This document shows positions 30,110-39,314 of a DNA stretch of 64,000 bases, in pieces. Source of the DNA: an uncultured virus (IMG/VR IMGVR_UViG_651053023_000007). Lineage: Duplodnaviria; Heunggongvirae; Uroviricota; Caudoviricetes. Location: IMG/VR virus record IMGVR_UViG_651053023_000007; one strand, 5' to 3'. Each line of letters begins with the position of its first letter. The stretch's first letter is position 1. The notes under the pieces were generated by a model. It worked only from the letters and a program-made list of their open reading frames with translations. It searched no databases and was not told the DNA's origin. The position numbers were made by a program, and so were the translations under genes.

Positions 30110-30329
30110 ATATTGAATTTTATGACTACGGAGTCACCGCAAAAATCATTGTTACATGCTGGTTCTGGGAGTTCCGCGCTATTGCCGGGTTGTGGATGCG
30201 GCGCTGTTTGTGGCCCCTGAAGTACACCATCAGAGCGGTGGAGGTCTTTTAATGAGAACCGTCATCACCGGTAAAACGGTCCCGATGTTACGGGCGTTTA
30301 AAGTGGCAAAACAGGAGGCGACACGATGA
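30106..30329 (+). pseudogene. Small early gene with probable 1-bp deletion at ~30177
   Basis: ATGA overlaps at both ends only if one C is restored. Confidence 0.5.
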
Positions 30330-30616
30330 GCATTGATAAAACGATAACGATAGATGTAGCCATGAATACAGGTCTGGCGCTTATCGGTTATGGCTATATC
30401 ACTTTTATGTCATTCAGGTGGTTGATTTCTTCGGTCTTTAAACAATGTGAAAAACGTCGCTGCAAAGACAAGCGCGTGAAGGCACTAAATGCGTTTAATG
30501 ACGCTTTTGATATTGACCGTATGCAACAGGGCGACCCGGCACGCGTAATTACCCGGGGAGATGTCGTGATTTTGGTATACCGGAGTGAAAAAAATGAGCA
30601 GGAGGCGGCGCAGTGA
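30326..30616 (+). CDS. Hypothetical membrane protein
   Basis: GGAGG SD, N-terminal TM. Confidence 0.7.
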   Translation: MSIDKTITIDVAMNTGLALIGYGYITFMSFRWLISSVFKQCEKRRCKDKRVKALNAFNDAFDIDRMQQGDPARVITRGDVVILVYRSEKNEQEAAQ

Positions 30617-30801
30617 ACCAGCAAACCAGAATAAGCGATAAGAGTCTGACCAGACTGATTGCCGATGCGGACAAGGTGCTGGAGCGGAACACCCCCGTTG
30701 CCGATGAGGAATGGTGGCAGGATTTCCGGGCCGCAATGCTGGAACTTCAGGAGCGCCGCAGGGCTGACAGTACAGAGTCAGTAGTAAATACAGGAGAATG
30801 A
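30613..30801 (+). CDS. Hypothetical early protein
   Basis: GGAGG SD. Confidence 0.65.
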   Translation: MNQQTRISDKSLTRLIADADKVLERNTPVADEEWWQDFRAAMLELQERRRADSTESVVNTGE

Positions 30802-30805
30802 AACG

Positions 30806-30982
30806 ATGAAAAACCGTAAAGCAATACGACTTCTTTTACAGCGACCTGTGTGTATGGTGTCGCTGGTTATCAGCAACCATAAGATAGCTGTACTCCATCC
30901 ATTTGGTCAGGTGGCTTTTACCGTAAATCGTAAACCCACCGCGTCACAGAACAGGCGGAAGAAAGGGTACGCAGTAAGATGA
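30806..30982 (+). CDS. 58-aa basic protein, paralog 1 (absent from ORF track)
   Basis: MKNRKAIRLL...ISN...KPTASQNRRKK. Confidence 0.7.
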   Translation: MKNRKAIRLLLQRPVCMVSLVISNHKIAVLHPFGQVAFTVNRKPTASQNRRKKGYAVR

Positions 30983-31155
30983 AAAACCGTAAGGCAAAAA
31001 TTCTGTTAGCTCGCAGAAACGGTGTTGGGGTCTGGCGATGGTTGAGGATTAGTAACAGACGAGTGAGGTTGACGGGGTGTTGCGGGGTGATGTTGCACAG
31101 CTGTTGCAAAAAGCCCAGCGCGGCGCAAAACCGCAGGAAAAATCACGGTATGTAA
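30979..31155 (+). CDS. 58-aa basic protein, paralog 2 (absent from ORF track)
   Basis: MKNRKAKILL...ISN...KPSAAQNRRKN; ATGA overlap. Confidence 0.7.
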   Translation: MKNRKAKILLARRNGVGVWRWLRISNRRVRLTGCCGVMLHSCCKKPSAAQNRRKNHGM

Positions 31156-31167
31156 AGGAGGTGCCAG

Positions 31168-31578
31168 GTGAAGAAAATGGTTTTTGTGGCGGCATTGCTG
31201 ACAATTACCCAACAGGCGCAGGCTTCAGCAGTTATTGTGGCATCTGCCGCTGCGACCACGGCTGCTGTAGCTGCTGCAAACTCTGCGAATATCGCAAGCC
31301 AACAGGAGCGAGACGCTGCTAACGCATCAGCCAGTGCTCTCCCGATTTCTGTTAAGGGCAGTAAGCAACATCTGGGGTTCATAACGTGCGGTAAGCGTTC
31401 TTATGAAGCTGTAGGCTCACTGGGATGTACGGTATATGGCGACAGTGAGAGCAGAGAAATTCCATGGAAAACGTGGCCCGGATACGTTCTTGGCTCGAAG
31501 CTCCCGGCCAGTTATGAGGTAAACGCCGTGTCGTTTGATCACTATAACGGCGTGGCAACTGTCTATTTCACATACTGA
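31168..31578 (+). CDS. Putative exported protein
   Basis: Signal peptide ending AQA; AAGGAGG SD. Confidence 0.7.
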   Translation: MKKMVFVAALLTITQQAQASAVIVASAAATTAAVAAANSANIASQQERDAANASASALPISVKGSKQHLGFITCGKRSYEAVGSLGCTVYGDSESREIPWKTWPGYVLGSKLPASYEVNAVSFDHYNGVATVYFTY

Positions 31579-31685
31579 GGCCCGGCATGAAATTTTCTGA
31601 ATCACGGAGCAACAACACGATGAAAGCCATCACCGTAACTCGACGTTCCTGATTTCGCGGGTTGTTTAAACAGTAATCAAATGCA

Positions 31686-31729
31686 GACCAAAACATATGT
31701 TTTGGTCTGCCAAAAGTAGTGTTTTGGTC
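31686..31729. promoter_or_regulatory. Tandem 22-bp operator-like palindromes
   Basis: GACCAAAACATATGTTTTGGTC (perfect) plus TGCCAAAAGTAGTGTTTTGGTC. Confidence 0.7.
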
Positions 31730-31732
31730 ATT

Positions 31733-32011
31733 ATGAAGATTGAACAAATCGGAATAGCTGCTTTCAGGCAGCAGGCTGAAAGCGGTGGCGTGGATGAGTT
31801 CGTTGTGCAGCGGTTCGGTGGTGTGTATCACCTCTTCGCTGTGAATCGCCACGCCGGGGTGTCCTATTTTCTACAGGAACGCCGTGGCGATTACAAGACA
31901 TGGCTGTCTCTTGACCGTGCCGCTGCGTTCTTGTCAGGGATTGGCGTTTCACGTTTTACCGTGCGTTTTGAGGATAACAAACATGCTGAAAAAGATGATC
32001 GGGGCCATTAA
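31733..32011 (+). CDS. Small putative DNA-binding protein (plasmid ParC-like)
   Basis: RGDYKTWLSLDRAAAFL.GIG.SRF; tentative. Confidence 0.55.
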   Translation: MKIEQIGIAAFRQQAESGGVDEFVVQRFGGVYHLFAVNRHAGVSYFLQERRGDYKTWLSLDRAAAFLSGIGVSRFTVRFEDNKHAEKDDRGH

Positions 32012-32381
32012 AGCCGGTCAGGCGTATCTGGGGTGGGATGATGCCCTTTATCGCCAGACGCTGGCCCGCCTGACCGGTAAAACCAGCACCACACGCTGCA
32101 ATCTCGATGAACTGCGCATCATCCGGGAATACATGCACGAACAGGGATTCCCGCGCAAGGCACCCGCTGGTAAAGGTCGCCGCCCTCGTGTTGCAATGAG
32201 CAGAAAATCAGTATTATCCAAAATTGAAGCGTTGCTGGCTGATGCCGGTCGTTCCTGGGCGTATGCAGAAGGACTGGCATCTCACATGTATAAGCAACAT
32301 GTGATCGAATGGCTGACGGATGAACAGCTTTTTGGAGTGATGGTGGCGCTGGTTAAAGATTCAAGAAGGAGAAATCAATGA
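31983..32381 (+). CDS. gemA: GemA (Mu gp16)-like
   Basis: LGWDDALYRQTL..LTGKTS, KIEALLADAG. Confidence 0.85.
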   Translation: MLKKMIGAIKAGQAYLGWDDALYRQTLARLTGKTSTTRCNLDELRIIREYMHEQGFPRKAPAGKGRRPRVAMSRKSVLSKIEALLADAGRSWAYAEGLASHMYKQHVIEWLTDEQLFGVMVALVKDSRRRNQ

Positions 32382-32854
32382 TGAAAAAATGGTTGTTTTG
32401 TTTAGTAGGGGTTATTTTCTCTTGTTCTGTGCTGGCACAGACAGAGGAACAGGCGCAAAAGGAACTGAAACGTTATCAGGATATGAAGCCATTGGCTGAA
32501 CAGATGCTTCGGGAAAGTGGAAAACTTTATTACGCTATGCCAGAAGCTGCATCGCAGTATCAGCAGGGAAATATTGAAGAGTGGAAGAATATCAAAAAAG
32601 GACTAAAACAACTGGATGAACAGGCCAGTAAACTGGGGGACGACCCGCTTGATCCTGTGTATGGTTCCTGCATAAAAATGAAAAACCAGCTACAGGATTA
32701 CTGGTCTAACGTTATCAGGGATGACAGGCAGTTTCTGGAGCGTTCAAGAAATCAGTTTAAAGAATATCGTATGGATTGTTTTGATTCGTTTGTTTTTGGT
32801 AAAGAGCAAATAGAATCAAGAAAAGGCCTGGTTATTCTAGACCTGACTAAATAA
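32378..32854 (+). CDS. Putative periplasmic protein
   Basis: Signal peptide ending VLA; AT-rich. Confidence 0.75.
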   Translation: MMKKWLFCLVGVIFSCSVLAQTEEQAQKELKRYQDMKPLAEQMLRESGKLYYAMPEAASQYQQGNIEEWKNIKKGLKQLDEQASKLGDDPLDPVYGSCIKMKNQLQDYWSNVIRDDRQFLERSRNQFKEYRMDCFDSFVFGKEQIESRKGLVILDLTK

Positions 32855-32864
32855 GACTTAGTTT

Positions 32865-32890
32865 AGCCCCTGCCATGCAGGGGCTTTTTT
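32865..32890 (+). terminator. Intrinsic terminator
   Basis: AGCCCCTGC-CAT-GCAGGGGCT plus T run. Confidence 0.8.
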
Positions 32891-32953
32891 GTGGTCTGTA
32901 CAGGCGATCATGTATGGCTATAATAACAGTAAGTTACTACCGGAGACGCCATC

Positions 32954-33421
32954 ATGCAGACCTTCAGTGAAACAGATCTTCGCGATGCGCAGGCACTGCT
33001 GCCCGATTCCGTGCAGCAACTGATTAGCGTGATTGGCTTCCCCGCCCTGACCCGGTTAATCCGTTCTTTTGGTGGCGTGACGTTAAGCGGTAAAACCGGC
33101 GCACACGCCGGACGCACCGGCGGTGTCCATGCCCTGTTACATGATGTGCTGACCGAAGACGAAATCAACAAACTGATCCGTTTTCTTGGCGGCGCACCGT
33201 TTTACATTCCCCGTTGCGATCATGCGTTACGTGCCCTGCGTAACACCCGTTTTATGGCTGATTTACAGCAGCATGTAAAAGGCGGATGCTCACACCGGCA
33301 GGCGCTGGCACTGCTCTGTCCCCGTTACGGGATTTCAGACCGGTACGCATGGCAGCTGATACACCGACGACAAAAACAGACTTCGCTGAAAAGCCCCACC
33401 CAGGTGGGGCTTTTTGATTAA
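32954..33421 (+). CDS. Mor/C-family transcription activator
   Basis: LPDSV, LIRSFGG, GGAPFYIPRC, RYGISDR. Confidence 0.9.
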   Translation: MQTFSETDLRDAQALLPDSVQQLISVIGFPALTRLIRSFGGVTLSGKTGAHAGRTGGVHALLHDVLTEDEINKLIRFLGGAPFYIPRCDHALRALRNTRFMADLQQHVKGGCSHRQALALLCPRYGISDRYAWQLIHRRQKQTSLKSPTQVGLFD

Positions 33422-33446
33422 TGGGCCTCAGAAAAAGGAGACACTT

Positions 33447-33725
33447 ATGACCAACTATACGGCACTTGGCGAGTATACAGCCTACTCAGAGCAGGCCAGG
33501 GATGCTGCCGGACGCCGCTTCGCTTATATGAAAAATCTGGCCAGCCAGCTAAACCGAATGGCTGAACAACCGGATATGGTTGTTCAGGAAGAAGCGTTGC
33601 AGTGTGCCATTGCTGACATCATCGCCAGCGAAAACGAGATGCGCGCAGCGATGGAAAAGGCGAACGCCTCTGCTCCGCTTTGTAATAAACCTCTTATTAC
33701 GCCGGATTCTCTTTCCCGCTTCTGA
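33447..33725 (+). CDS. Hypothetical protein
   Basis: AAGGAG SD. Confidence 0.7.
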   Translation: MTNYTALGEYTAYSEQARDAAGRRFAYMKNLASQLNRMAEQPDMVVQEEALQCAIADIIASENEMRAAMEKANASAPLCNKPLITPDSLSRF

Positions 33726-33747
33726 TTTATCACCCCGCCGCCGCGGG

Positions 33748-33794
33748 GTGCTGAACTCCCCCAGCAGTACCCACCACACCAGACCGTTTACCCT
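33748..33794 (+). promoter_or_regulatory. Late promoter candidate (lysis)
   Basis: GTGCTGAACNCCCYCA plus TACCCT at offset 42. Confidence 0.7.
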
Positions 33795-33908
33795 GTCCAC
33801 TCAGACCACAAGGCACCTTAAGGGATAGCGCCCGGCAAAAGTCATTCTGTGCCTTTGACCGGGTGTTATTTACGGGCCGTCAGTGGCTCAGATTTACAGG
33901 AGAAACTC

Positions 33909-34301
33909 ATGTCTGAACCCTTATCAGGCGGCGGAGCTGTGGCAGTCACCATCGGTGGTGCCAGTGTGTTTGGTCTTCTCACCAATACCGATTTCGGGGT
34001 CGTGGTGGGCGCGTTTGCCGGGGCGCTTTTTGTTGTCACGCAGCAGAAAGAAATCCCGGTCTGGCGAATGGCCATCCACCTGCTCGTCGCGTTTGTGGTT
34101 GGCGTTCTGGGGGCTGGCGTGGCTGCGTCACTGATGCAGTGGCTGACCCACTACAACGACAAGCCGCTAGATGCATTGTGTGCGGTCGGTGTCTCGGCGT
34201 TATCCATCAAGATACTGACCTTTCTTTATCAACAGGAAATTTCATCGCTGTTCGGCCTGTTTTCCAGACTGCGCGGCGGAGGGGGTGGAAATGGAAAGTA
34301 G
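33909..34301 (+). CDS. Putative holin
   Basis: Homologous to 5669-6061. Confidence 0.8.
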   Translation: MSEPLSGGGAVAVTIGGASVFGLLTNTDFGVVVGAFAGALFVVTQQKEIPVWRMAIHLLVAFVVGVLGAGVAASLMQWLTHYNDKPLDALCAVGVSALSIKILTFLYQQEISSLFGLFSRLRGGGGGNGK

Positions 34302-34587
34302 CCTTGCCGGTATCGTGAACGTCTGGCTGTGTCTCGCCATTGTATTGGGGTTGTTTGTGTATCGCCGCCACGGTGCGGCGCATAAACCGATGATTACCTG
34401 GCTGGCGTACTGGCTGATGCTCGGATACATCATCATCCCGTTCCGCTGGCTGTCCGGTACATACACGCACTCCAGCTGGCTGGTTGTGGCGCTGAATCTG
34501 GTTTTCTGTGCGCTTATCGTGTGGGCGCACGGGAATTTGTCAAAAATCCTTTCGTTACTGAGGCATCCACATGAAATCAAAAGATGA
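34291..34587 (+). CDS. Holin-like membrane protein
   Basis: Homologous to 6051-6326. Confidence 0.75.
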   Translation: MESSLAGIVNVWLCLAIVLGLFVYRRHGAAHKPMITWLAYWLMLGYIIIPFRWLSGTYTHSSWLVVALNLVFCALIVWAHGNLSKILSLLRHPHEIKR

Positions 34588-35116
34588 CATTTTTGATGAA
34601 GTCCTGGGCAAAGAAGGCGGTTACGTCAATCACCCTGACGATAAGGGCGGTCCGACCAAATGGGGCATTACGGAAAAAGTCGCCCGCGCCCACGGATATC
34701 GTGGCGATATGCGCGATTTAACCCGCGAACAGGCGCTGGACATCCTTGAAGCTGATTACTGGTATGGCCCGCGATTTGACCAGATCGCCGCATTATCCCC
34801 TGATATTGCCGCAGAGCTGTGTGATACCGGTGTGAATATGGGGCCAACCGTGGCGTCCAGAATGCTTCAGCGCTGGCTGAATGTGTTCAATCTGCGCGGC
34901 AGGATGTACCCGGATATGGACGCAGACGGACGCATCGGGCCTCGTACCATCAGTGCATTGCGCGCCTTCCTGAATTATCGCGGTCAGGACGGCGAACGGG
35001 TGATGCTGAAGGCCCTGAACTGCACGCAGGGTGAGCGCTATCTGGAACTGGCAGAGAAACGCGAGGCTAACGAATCGTTTGTTTATGGCTGGCTGGAGGG
35101 GCGCGTGGCGGTATGA
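34571..35116 (+). CDS. Endolysin, GH108 with PG-binding domain
   Basis: EGGYVNHPDDKGGPTKWGIT, DGRIGPRT. Confidence 0.92.
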   Translation: MKSKDDIFDEVLGKEGGYVNHPDDKGGPTKWGITEKVARAHGYRGDMRDLTREQALDILEADYWYGPRFDQIAALSPDIAAELCDTGVNMGPTVASRMLQRWLNVFNLRGRMYPDMDADGRIGPRTISALRAFLNYRGQDGERVMLKALNCTQGERYLELAEKREANESFVYGWLEGRVAV

Positions 35117-35295
35117 CGCGTCAGCACTGGACACACAGAACGCCACGTAAAGCTGCGCGCTGTGTTCTGGCCCTGTTTCTGATGATGTTGCTTCCGGTGG
35201 GATGCACAGACATTAACAGAGCGGGCCAGCTGTTTGACGCGGCGGCGCAGGTCTGCCGGATTATTGACGGCATCCGGCAGTGTTCACAGAACTGA
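35113..35295 (+). CDS. Lysis-associated lipoprotein
   Basis: Lipobox-like PVGC; homologous to 8786-8962. Confidence 0.75.
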   Translation: MTRQHWTHRTPRKAARCVLALFLMMLLPVGCTDINRAGQLFDAAAQVCRIIDGIRQCSQN

Positions 35296-35315
35296 TTTTT
35301 TGAAGGTCTGACACA

Positions 35316-35522
35316 GTGAGCATTATCAGATTTACAGAATGCGCAGGCTCAGGGAGCGCCAGCGCTGTCATGGTAGTCGCTGAACGCATCACCCATTTTT
35401 ACCGTCAGTGCGGTGCATATGGTGGCACGGTCATTGAACTGGATACCGGGAAAAACGTGTTTGTTCTTGAAAATCCCGACGAAGTTAAATGCCTGATTGA
35501 ACAGGCTCAGAAGGACACTTAA
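35316..35522 (+). CDS. Hypothetical protein
   Basis: Coupled to terS. Confidence 0.6.
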   Translation: MSIIRFTECAGSGSASAVMVVAERITHFYRQCGAYGGTVIELDTGKNVFVLENPDEVKCLIEQAQKDT

Positions 35523-36022
35523 TGGCGTGGTCACAGGATATCAGGGACAAAGTCCGTAACGGGTACATCTTTGACCAGCTTCCGCTGGATATCGTCGCCA
35601 TGAAGTACGCCGTGCCGCACGACACCGCGCGGCGCTGGAAAACGCAGGCAATGAAGAACGGCGACGACTGGGACAAGCTGCGGGCCGCGCACGCGCTCGC
35701 CGGTGACGGGCTGGAAAGTGTCGCCCGCACCGTGCTTATCAGTCTGGTGGTGAAGTGTCAGACGACGCTTGAACGGCTGAACCAGAACCCGGACATCCCG
35801 CCGCAGGAGTCCGTCGAACTGCTGGCGAGTCTGTCTGACAGTCTCAGTAAGGCGGTGGCCAGCAGTAAAAAAATCCTGCCGGAAACCGACCGGCTCGCCA
35901 CGGCACTGGAAGTGGTGCAGCGGCTCGGCGCGTTCATCAAGGAGCGTCACCCGGCACAGTATGCCCCGTTTCTTGAGGTGCTCGAAGGCTTCGCTAAAGA
36001 GCTTGAGGATAATTTCAGTTAA
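35522..36022 (+). CDS. Small terminase, DUF1804-like
   Basis: TARRWK...GDDWDKLR. Confidence 0.85.
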   Translation: MAWSQDIRDKVRNGYIFDQLPLDIVAMKYAVPHDTARRWKTQAMKNGDDWDKLRAAHALAGDGLESVARTVLISLVVKCQTTLERLNQNPDIPPQESVELLASLSDSLSKAVASSKKILPETDRLATALEVVQRLGAFIKERHPAQYAPFLEVLEGFAKELEDNFS

Positions 36023-36074
36023 CCACAGCGGCCCGGTTTTCCGGGCCGTCTGATATTTGTATACCAGGTGTGAC

Positions 36075-37715
36075 GTGGCAAAACGTAAACTTTCCATTAA
36101 AGAGTTTCAGAGAAGCCTGCAGGAGTACATCGCCAACCTCCGCCAGACCATCGAGGCTGAATGTCTGGGGTTCGATGTTAACCCGCAGGCCACACAGGCC
36201 CGCCGGGCGGCAGTCTGCGACCCGGTGACGGGCTACGATTATTTTGTCGAAAACTATTTCCCGCACTACGTCCGCAACCCGGCAAAAAGTGAGCTGCATA
36301 AATACCTGTTCAGCCGTCTGCCACAGGTAGTGGCAAGCCCGGACCCGGAGAACGACGCCATCGCCGCGCCTCGTGGTGAGGCAAAATCCACGCTGGTGAC
36401 TCAGCTGTTTACCCTGTGGACCATTATCCGGGGTATTAAGCATTATCCGGTCATCATTATGGACAGTATCGACCAGGCTTATCCGATGCTGGAAGCCATC
36501 AAGGCTGAACTGGAATTTAACCCCCGTTTAAAAAACGATTTCCCGGAAGTGTGCGGGCAGGGTCGCGTCTGGCGTATGGGGACCATCGTCACGGCCAACA
36601 ATATCAAGGTGACCGTTGCCGGTAGTGGTAAAAAGCTGCGTGGTCTGCGCCACGGTCCGTACCGTCCTGACCTGGTTATCCTTGACGACATCGAGAACGA
36701 CGAGATGGTGCGTAATCCGGAGCAGCGCGACAAGCTGCATGACTGGCTCACCAAAACCGTGATGCCGCTGGGCGAGGCTGGCGGTAAAACCGATATTATT
36801 TATATCGGAACCATCCTGCATTACGACTCCGTGCTGTCGCGCACGCTGAATAACCCGATGTGGAAAACAGCCCGCTTTAAGGCCGTTATTCAGTGGCCTG
36901 CCAATATGAAGCTGTGGGACGAGTGGGAAGAACTCATCCGCAACAAACAGCCGGAAGCAGCGGAGGCACTTTACCGACAGAACGAAGCCGACATGCTCGC
37001 CGGGTCGGTGGTGTCATGGGCGGCGCGTCCCCTGCTGGCACTGATGAAAATCCGTGTTCGTGACGGTCATGACACCTTTGATTCTGAATACCAGAACGAC
37101 CCGGTCAGCGGTGAAGATGCGCTGTTTGCGGGCTGCATTAAGTTCTGGGTTAACCGTCTTGATGAATGGGTGTTCTACGGCGCTGTTGACCCCAGCCTCG
37201 GGAAGAAGAATAAAAACCGCGACCCGTCGGCCATTCTCGTGGGGGGCTTTAACCGCTTTACCGGCATTCTGGATGTGGTTGAAGCCGATATCCGCCGACG
37301 TCTGCCGAATAAACTTATCGAAGACGTGATCAAGTATCAGCGTGAATATCACTGCCTGTGCTGGTCGTTTGAGTCCGTCCAGTTTCAGGAGTTTCTGCGT
37401 ACCGTGCTGGTTGAGCGTTCGGCGGCGCTGGGTGTGCCGGTTCCGGCGCTGCCGGTCATCCCGCTGGAGGATAAGGCGCTGCGTATCGAATCCCTTCAGC
37501 CGCATATGGCCAACGGCCTGATCCGCATCAGTCACACACATCAGACACTGATTGACCAGCTGCGCCACTACCCCAAAGCCGACCACGATGATGGCCCGGA
37601 CTGTCTGCACATGCTGTGGACGCTGGCGGTATCGCGCAGCGCAAAATTTCAGATACACACCCCACGCAGCACCGGGCGTGACCGTGGCGGGCGTTTTGGT
37701 TCAGGAGGATGGTAA
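36075..37715 (+). CDS. Large terminase
   Basis: APRGEAKST, ILDDIE, AVDPS, HDDGPD. Confidence 0.93.
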   Translation: MAKRKLSIKEFQRSLQEYIANLRQTIEAECLGFDVNPQATQARRAAVCDPVTGYDYFVENYFPHYVRNPAKSELHKYLFSRLPQVVASPDPENDAIAAPRGEAKSTLVTQLFTLWTIIRGIKHYPVIIMDSIDQAYPMLEAIKAELEFNPRLKNDFPEVCGQGRVWRMGTIVTANNIKVTVAGSGKKLRGLRHGPYRPDLVILDDIENDEMVRNPEQRDKLHDWLTKTVMPLGEAGGKTDIIYIGTILHYDSVLSRTLNNPMWKTARFKAVIQWPANMKLWDEWEELIRNKQPEAAEALYRQNEADMLAGSVVSWAARPLLALMKIRVRDGHDTFDSEYQNDPVSGEDALFAGCIKFWVNRLDEWVFYGAVDPSLGKKNKNRDPSAILVGGFNRFTGILDVVEADIRRRLPNKLIEDVIKYQREYHCLCWSFESVQFQEFLRTVLVERSAALGVPVPALPVIPLEDKALRIESLQPHMANGLIRISHTHQTLIDQLRHYPKADHDDGPDCLHMLWTLAVSRSAKFQIHTPRSTGRDRGGRFGSGGW

Positions 37716-37718
37716 TTA

Positions 37719-39314
37719 ATGGCACAGCTTGTTGATATTTACGGACGCCCGCTGAAACGTGAGGCACTCAAAACCACGCAGTCGGTCAGAGTGGCGGAAC
37801 GGCTGCGCATTTATCCCGACCACCCGTCCCGTGGTCTGAACATCAGAAAACTGCCACGCATTCTGGAAGCTGCCGAACGCGGCTATCTTCCGGCGCAGGC
37901 GATGCTGTTTGCGGATATGGAAGAGCGTGATGGTCATCTGTTTGCCGAGATGGAAAAGCGCAAAAAAGCGTTGCTGACGCTGGACTGGTCGGTGGAGCCG
38001 CCCCGCAATGCCTCGAAGGCAGAAAAGGAGCTGACTGCCGCCGTGGATGAGTGGCTGCACGGCATCCCGGACATGGAGGACATCATCCTCAACGGGATGA
38101 GCAGTGTCGGTTACGGCTTCAGCTGTCAGGAAATCAGCTGGGCGTTCGTGGATAAAACGTGGTTACCGGATGCGGTGACACTGCGACCGCATAACTGGTT
38201 TATTACCCTGCCGGAACACAATGACGAACTCCGGCTGGATGACGGCAATCGTGGGGAAGATGGTAAAGACGGTTCCGCGCTGTGGCCGTTCGGCTGGCTG
38301 GTTCACCGTTACAACGCCCGGTCGGGGTTCCTGGGTTCATCCGGCCTGTTCCGCGTACTGGTCTGGCCGTATCTGTTCAAAAACTTTGCGCTGCGTGATA
38401 TGGCAGAATTTCTGGAGATTTACGGTCTTCCGGCGCGCATTGCCTACTATGCACAGGGCACCAGTGACGAGGACCGGGACAACATTCTCGAAGCCCTGGT
38501 TAATCTGGGCCATGAAGCGGTGGCAGCCCTGCCGCAGGGTAACGAAATCGAGTTCAAGGAAGCCGCGTCCGGCGGGCCCGAGGCGTTCATGTCGATGGTG
38601 GAATGGGCGGAGCGTACCACCTCAAAAGTGATTCTGGGCAGTACGCTGACCAGCCAGGCTGACGGTAAAACCTCCACCAACGCGCTGGGTAATGTGCATA
38701 ACGAGGTCCGGCACGACATTCTGGCCGCCGATGCGCGCCAGCTGTCCGGCATGTTCAGCAGCCTGATACAGATGATGGCCAGCCTCAACGGCTGGCAGGA
38801 TATCCCGCCACGCCGTCTGCCGCGTCTGGTGTTTGATGTGCAGCAGGAAGCCGACATTAAGGGCGTGGCGGACGCCGTCAACGTGCTGGTCAACAATGTG
38901 GGGATGAAGGATATCCCTGTGTCGTGGGTACGCAAAAAAACCGGTATCCCCACCCCGAAAGACGGCGAAGAGGTACTGGTGCCGGTGGCACAGCATCTCC
39001 CTGTGCAGGCGGGCCTCAGCCAGCTGCGTGAGCGGCTGAATGTTGCCGCGCTCAGTCAGCAGGACAACGGGGAGGACGACCCGGCACAGCGCGCCATCGA
39101 CCGGGCAGAGCTTCCGGCAGAGGCCATCGCGCAGGGGATGAACGAACTGGTGGCCCCACTGGTGCAGGCCATACAGGAAGGCCGGGATGCAGACGAGGCC
39201 ATGAACGTACTGGCGGAAGCATGGCCGGAGCTGCCGGATGACACGCTGCGGCAGTTGCTGACGCAGGCATTTTTTGTGGCGGATATCTGGGGGCGACTGA
39301 ATGCCGACAGCTGA
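37719..39314 (+). CDS. Portal (Mu gp29-like)
   Basis: DMEERDGH, FLEIYGLP, ALGNVHNEVR. Confidence 0.92.
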   Translation: MAQLVDIYGRPLKREALKTTQSVRVAERLRIYPDHPSRGLNIRKLPRILEAAERGYLPAQAMLFADMEERDGHLFAEMEKRKKALLTLDWSVEPPRNASKAEKELTAAVDEWLHGIPDMEDIILNGMSSVGYGFSCQEISWAFVDKTWLPDAVTLRPHNWFITLPEHNDELRLDDGNRGEDGKDGSALWPFGWLVHRYNARSGFLGSSGLFRVLVWPYLFKNFALRDMAEFLEIYGLPARIAYYAQGTSDEDRDNILEALVNLGHEAVAALPQGNEIEFKEAASGGPEAFMSMVEWAERTTSKVILGSTLTSQADGKTSTNALGNVHNEVRHDILAADARQLSGMFSSLIQMMASLNGWQDIPPRRLPRLVFDVQQEADIKGVADAVNVLVNNVGMKDIPVSWVRKKTGIPTPKDGEEVLVPVAQHLPVQAGLSQLRERLNVAALSQQDNGEDDPAQRAIDRAELPAEAIAQGMNELVAPLVQAIQEGRDADEAMNVLAEAWPELPDDTLRQLLTQAFFVADIWGRLNADS

